Source of the DNA: Eledone cirrhosa
Lineage: Eukaryota
NCBI GenBank assembly: GCA_964016885.1
Contig: OZ024746.1
Location: 87,420,001 to 87,484,000 of the forward strand
Direction: 5' to 3'
DNA: 64,000 bases
In this document: positions 57,448 through 64,000 of the stretch, piece after piece
How the letters are laid out: each line of letters opens with the position of its first letter
How positions within the stretch are numbered: position 1 is the first letter of the stretch
Made by a program: the position numbers and the translations under genes
Notes under the pieces: generated by a model
What the model was told of the DNA's origin: nothing
Databases searched by the model: none
Seen by the model: only the letters and a program-made list of their open reading frames with translations

Positions 57448-60400
57448 TGGCTGACTGGCCAGCTAACATTCCCGCACATTGTCTTTCTTCTTCAAATGCT
57501 GCCATCTGATAGGCTTAGCCTCGTCACGCGACCATATGCTTGTTTTGGAAAAGAAATGCGACGCCATCTTGTTTCATAATGACTATCTCGAATCACAGAT
57601 ACCACCAATTGTGCTGTTTTCCCGTAGTTCTGAACATTACTAACTTTTATTCGTCCTTGTGGAAATAGATTGACAATGAATGGTCCTAATTTACCTTCTT
57701 CTTCTTCACATACGAACCAGCCCGTCTCGACACCCGAGGATGCCATGTTAAAGGCTATTAACTCTTTGACGCAACAAGTCGCCGCTTCATGCAGGGAGAA
57801 TAGGCCCCATTCCTGGCGGCCTAGGAGTCGCTCACGTTCTTTCGCGACTCCACGTCGGCGTACTACTTCGCCCGCCAGCAATCCATTATTTTGCTGGTAT
57901 CATGCCACCTTCGCGGATAAGGCAAAACATTGCTGGCTTCCATGTAAATATTCAGCTTCGGGAAATGTAGATCAGAGTCACTAAAGGCGGCAAGTGAACT
58001 CTGCGAGACGCAACAGAACTGCCATTTCTTCATAGAGGACCTCCTGTCTGGAAGAGCCTTCCTCGGAGACACAGTAGCTTCGTGCAGTATTTGGCCTGTC
58101 AATTGTATGACTGTAACTCCTCCTGAGTCATCAATTAATATACAAGCTGTCAATCATTCGCCGATACGCACTTTTGGACAAATCTCGCTTCCTTTGCAAT
58201 TCAGAAATCTTCGACGAGAAGTTTACGGTTGCTGATCTACCATATCCGATCTTGGGAGCGGATTTGCTACACCATTTTGCATTGACGGTGGACCTCCGTG
58301 GCCGACGCCTAGTAGACGACATTACTGTTTTTTCTCTTCGTGGCCAGAAAGCTAATTTTCCAAACGTTAGCCCGACCTTTTTCATCGCTAATGCTGGGAA
58401 TCCCTATCATGCATTGTTGAATTCTTTCCGACAGCTTACTCAGGGAAATTTTCGAGTTGTCGATCCGACTCACAACGGAGCATTTTATCTCTACAACTGG
58501 CGCCTCAGTGTTCTCACGTCCTCGTCGCTTGCCTGCGGACAAATTGAAGGCAGCACGGTCCGAGTTCGACCACATGCTGCAGCTAGACATAATTCGCCCT
58601 TCTACGCGCCCTTGGGCTTCTCCTTTGCACATGGTACACAAGACTTCTGGCGACTGGAGACCCACTGGGGATTAGAGGAAGTTAAATGCTATAACTGTCC
58701 TGGATTGATATCCTATTCCACACCTGCAAGATTTTACATCGTCATTGCAGGGATGTAAAATATTCTCGAAGCTCGATTTGGTGCGAGCCTATCATCAAAT
58801 TCCTGTCAAGAAAGAAGATATTCCGAAAACGGCCATTACGACTCCATTTGGATCATTCGAATTTCTTACCATGCCTTTCGGATTTAGGAATGCTGCTAGC
58901 ACCTTTCAACGGTTCATGGTTGAGGTCACTCGTGGTTTAGACTGTGTCTACATTTATATTGATGATCTGCTTATTGCTAGTTCCTGCAGAGAAGAATACA
59001 TACGTCAATTGAATCTTTTGTTTTGTCAACTCAAGGATTACAGTGTTCAAATAAATACCACAAAATGTGTTTTCGGTGTGGAATCGATGACTTTTTTAGG
59101 TCATGTCATTGACTCCGAAGGTATTCGACCCCCCCCCCCCCTCAACGAGTTCAGGCTATAGAGGATTTGCCTCCGCCGACCTCACTTCGTCAGTTGCGAC
59201 AATTCCTAGGACTGATACATTTCTATAGACGTTTTGTTCCAGATTGTGCTAATATACTCTTACCTCTTACTGAGATTCTGAAAAATTGCCGCAAGAAAAA
59301 TAAGGACATCTCGTTGACTCAGACTCAGCTCGAGGATTTTCAAAAAGCCAAATCAGCATTGGCTAGTTCATCTTTGCTGGCTCACCCAGTGTCCAATGCC
59401 AAGCTTTCGCTTTGTGTTGATGCGTCGGATACTGCAGTCTTACACAGAGTAGTGACGATCACCAACAACCATTGGAATTTTTCTCCAGGAAGTTGAAGCC
59501 TGCAGAAACTCGCTAGAGCACCTTTAGCCGGGAGCTGTTAGCCGTCTACCTTTCCGTGAAACATTTTTCACATATGCTCGAAGGAAAGTGTTTTACAATC
59601 TATACTGACCATAAACCTTTGACCTTCGCTTTAAGGGCAAGTACTCGCCCAGTGAAACAAGGCATCTCGACTTTATCTCGCAATTCACAAACGACATCCA
59701 ACACATTCCAGGCTCATTAAACACAGCGGCTGACGCCCAGTCTCGATTGCCGATCAGTTCAATTGCGTCATGCCACGACACCGATTTAAATCACTTGGCA
59801 GCAGACCAACCTGCACTGGAATCGTTGGATACTACATCAGCCGATTTGCGACGAGTAATTTCAAATACCTGCCATTGCCCACCGCAGACAGACAGATTCT
59901 CTGCGACGTTTCCGTGGATTCAACGAGACCACTCGTCCCGCTAAACCATCGTTGTACTGTGTTTCTTGCTTTACACATCATTTCGCACCCAGGATCTTCT
60001 GCCACAATAAAGCTCATAACAGCCAGAATATTCTGGCTAAATATGAGGCGCGATAGTACTACTTGGTACCGTTCCTGCATTGCTTGCCAGAAATCGAAAA
60101 TCCATAAACATGTTAAGGCTCCGCTAGGTACGTTCAGTTCACCGGACGCCCGTTTCATGTGGACATTCATGTGGACAGCGTGGCACCTTGGCCAGTGAGT
60201 GGTGGTCATACTTATCTATTCACTGTTATTGATCGTTTTTCGCGATGGCCTGAAGCCATCCCCTTGAAAGACATCATTGCTGAAACGACAATGCTTGCCC
60301 TAGTATCAGGATGGATTTCCCGCTTTGGAGTGCCAACCACGATTACAACGGACCGTGGTAGGCAGTTTGAATCGTATCTCTTCCATGAATTAACGAAGAT

Positions 60401-60918
60401 CATCGGTGCTAAACGCATCGGAACGACTGAATATCATCCTGCCTCTAATGGAATGGTCGAGCGTTTCCACCGACAACTAAAAGCCGCGTTGGAGCGAGTA
60501 CCTCCCTATTGTGTTGTTGGGTATTCGCTCATCAATAAAGCAGGACCATGGGTTCTCCCCGGCCGAATTATTGTATGGTGCTCCTCTACCGTTGCCTGGG
60601 CAAATGCTTGCCCCTCTCGATCTTGCTGAACAAGATCCGCTTTCCTACGTATCCCGTCTGCGTTCTTATTTTTAGGACCTGTCGCCGATGGATATGAGGA
60701 AGCAAACTGTAAAATGTGCAGTCCCGAGGGATATTGCCTCGTGGACCCATGTGTTTTTGAGAATCGATGCCTTGAAACCACCTCTCACACAACCGTACTC
60801 TGAACCCTACACTGTGTTGTCTCGTTCTGATAAACATTTCACTCTAGACATTAAGGGATCCAGAGAGACCATTGCGGTTGATAGACTTAAACGGGCCCAC
60901 ACAGATGTTCACACTTGA
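57448..60918 (+). pseudogene. Gypsy gag-pol (frameshifted, gag partly deleted)
   Basis: CWYHATFADKAKHCWLPC (gag); FLGDTVAS and PILGADLL (PR); [26 protein letters not shown] (RT); VDASD, RELLA, YTDHKPL (RH); [31 protein letters not shown] (IN). Confidence 0.93.
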
Positions 60919-61328
60919 GCCACATACACCCCCATCTTTCTCTTTTGCCCACACACCTGTTTCTTTGTCCTCCCCCATCACCAAGATATAAGACTACGAC
61001 CCTTTCCGTTCGGAGGATTCATTGGCCCAACAAACTGTGTAGCATGGTATATTTTTTAACTGCTATTGTGCGGTGCTTTAATCCTGTAGTGACTTTTGGA
61101 ACTTTTAGGAAATTGTATTTACATTTTATTACATTTGTTTTGTTTTTTCCTTTCACGTTCTTGCATGCTTGCTCAATATGCATTTTGAAATTTGTTGTGC
61201 CTCTCATGCTCGGTTGGGCTGATTGCTCCTTGGTTTGGGATTTTTGCTGGTTGTTAATCTGTTTTTCTACATACATGATTCGATGAACCTATTTTTATTT
61301 AATTTTCTAAAAATCTGGTGGGAGACCA

Positions 61329-61709
61329 TGTAGAAGATCACGCCATCTAGCGTCGACTGTGAAGGCAGTCAATTAACTGCCCTTAGTTCTGGCGTCACGT
61401 TCTGACGTCAGTAGCTGAAACAATATTTATTAAACGATGATATCCTCGAAGAATATAGACGTGCTATCTCTATGGTGCTATCTACATGCAGTGATCCAAA
61501 GGATGACATCACACCATGCGGCAGTATATGACGACTTAAATATATTCCAACCTAAGAGCAGTAATGTATTTGTATATATTCCGTAATTGCTCCTATTAAA
61601 AATGTTTTTATAACATAAAATTGAGGTATGTTCCTTCTTCCTTGTTTGACTATGTGCCAGTTAACAATAACTATTAGACGGGATTACTGACGACCGTCTT
61701 CCGCCTAAA
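61329..61709 (+). repeat. 3' LTR
   Basis: TGTAGAAGATCACGCC...CCGCCTAAA, preceded by GGTGGGAGACCA. Confidence 0.95.
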
Positions 61710-62231
61710 TATATATATATATACACACACACACACTTACGAACGCAAACGCTCAAACGCACGCAAACTGACGCACGCACGTGTGCACGTACACACACAT
61801 CTTAATAGATTTAACTCTTACTGGAACGCTGTAAGAACACACACACTCCCGCGCTCGCGCACACACACGCACACATGTTAATTAGTTATAGTTTTCCTTA
61901 CCATCTTCCACTGTCATGTATCAAACACAGTGTCTGTCGCTCTCTCTCTATCTCTGTCACGCTATCCCCCTCTTTTAGTCTGTCTGTTTCTTCACTCTCA
62001 CTCTTTCTTTTTCATTTTTAGAGATATAGAGATTTTGTCTGTGCAAAGTCGTACCTATAGTCAGTTTTATCTACATTTTACCTGGACACAGGGGGACTCG
62101 ATCATTCCTAAAATCGTGCCGACCTGCCCTAATAAATTTCTGGTTGAATACAGAAACATTTTGAAAATCGGCCTTGCGGATCAAAGGTTGCTGCGGAACA
62201 GACACACATACACACACATACAGACAGACAT

Positions 62232-62332
<101 letters not shown>

Positions 62333-62363
62333 GAGAACAAAAGATGGTTAAAGGAGTTCCATG

Positions 62364-62434
62364 TATTTTATTATGCGCATTTCAAAAACAAATATCATCA
62401 TGCAATAATATTTGTGTTTTCATCAGATAAAACA
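62364..62434 (-). ncRNA. Minimal hammerhead ribozyme (family E)
   Basis: TGTTTTAT-CTGATGA-...-GAAA-TGCGCA-TA-ATAAAATA; same family as 29353-29782. Confidence 0.8.
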
Positions 62435-62808
62435 GGAGGACATGATATGAAGGCTAAAAAACACTTGTGGATAGTTCAGTTTTAAATCAACATATGAGAA
62501 GTAGTTTTAGATTGATGTGTGATATTGGGAAAAATATTTTGTTTAGAGGGGGGGGGGGATGAAAAAAAGAGGAGGAGATGAGAGTGAGGGTGGAGAGGGA
62601 GGAGTATAATGAGGAAGGATGAGATAGGAGGAAAGATGGGTGATAGAGAGAGAGAGATAGTTTTTATAACTGAGAAAGATATATTGTTTTATATAGAGAG
62701 GTTGAAAACCTTTGGAAGATAATGTATAAATTAAAAGAATTTGAAAATTAACGAAATGAAAAATATGTGCTACAAATATGTACTACAATAAAACTCACCT
62801 CCTACATT

Positions 62809-62889
<81 letters not shown>

Positions 62890-62907
62890 TTATATATATA
62901 TATATTA

Positions 62908-62969
<62 letters not shown>

Positions 62970-63315
62970 CGGGGTAACAAATTATTCTTATAGGTAGTCC
63001 AGTAGGTGTAGGCCAGCTATGGTACTCCGGGTAATGGATGATATCAACGCTTGGCTAAGTTTGACTCAACAAAGCGTTTCCATAATGATTCTGCGAGTAC
63101 GGTGTAATTCCTATATTGTAAACACTTGGAGTAATAATACATCAGGAAAGAAGAGTGACACGGTTTGCTATACAAAAAAAGTTTTTTTTAATCTAATTGC
63201 TGACAATTGTTTCTCTGAACTGGTAGGTCTAGAGATTGCTACCCGCTTATTTTACGTTACTCGATCACCGATACAAAGTTATAACCAGTCAATTCATCGG
63301 AGCTTGCATCGGAGC

Positions 63316-63350
<35 letters not shown>

Positions 63351-63551
63351 ATATATATTATATATATTATATATATATATATATTATATATATATATAGT
63401 AATAATAACAAATTTGAAGACTAACATGCAAAGAGGGCTCAAAATGATATATATATATCAAATATATAAGAACTGGAGAGCAAATATTTATTAAAATAAC
63501 ACCCTTCAGTGTGAAAGCAGCGATTATTTGCTTAAACTTTAATCTGTTATT

Positions 63552-63587
<36 letters not shown>

Positions 63588-63591
<4 letters not shown>

Positions 63592-63725
63592 AAAAGGTAT
63601 GACCCCGACGGTTTGAGCTCTGCCGTCGGTGTCATACCATTTCCTATTACCGACTCTCCTACCCTAAGTATTGAGTACTCTGGTGCATTATGGTCCATTT
63701 GTTTCCTAGCCACAACTCCTTCGTT
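63588..63725. mobile_element. Shortest family A fold-back
   Basis: GGTATGACCCCGACGG..GAGCTC..CCGTCGGTGTCATACC plus tail. Confidence 0.7.
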
Positions 63726-63895
63726 ATATATATATATATATATATATATGCATATATATGTATATATGCATATATATGTATATATGCGCATAGATATTTG
63801 TATATAGATTGATACTTTCATCTGTACATGCATTCTTATTCGTATATACATACATACATATATATAAATATATATGTATGCATGTATACATACAT

Positions 63896-63940
<45 letters not shown>

Positions 63941-64000
63941 TAAAGCAACGGAGTATCCCTGTAATTTAATGACCAAAGGTAACAGTTCCTGGGCAATTCA

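Noticed and set aside
63040-63150. Further hammerhead on minus strand (CTGATGT...GAAACGCTT...AAGCG-TT)
   Set aside because: Core and cleavage triplet are both non-canonical and stem I is poor; at best a dead remnant.

Overview
AT-rich eukaryotic DNA densely packed with (TA)n, (CA)n and (GA)n microsatellites. The SINE and Penelope-like repertoire suggests an octopod cephalopod (inference). I find no intact host gene, and nearly all listed ORFs are microsatellite artefacts. Recognisable content: (1) a Ty3/Gypsy LTR retrotransposon (56951-61709; ~380-bp LTRs, tRNA-Trp PBS, decayed gag-pol) nested inside (2) a minus-strand Helitron (~54375-62245; CTAG end plus hairpin, PIF1 helicase C-terminus, antisense 23-aa STPR-like repeat ORF); (3) many Penelope-like elements (PLEs; Naiad- and Hydra-type ORF remnants), mostly short fold-back insertions in (TA)n, carrying about 20 hammerhead ribozyme (HHR) motifs with family-specific palindromic loop III and U3-A8 core variants; (4) RTE LINE fragments and tRNA-derived SINEs. 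Between the transposons, the unique-looking DNA repeatedly translates on the minus strand into heavily decayed rhodopsin-family GPCR transmembrane motifs, possibly a co-oriented GPCR pseudogene graveyard. That call is by eye and needs an HMM test.
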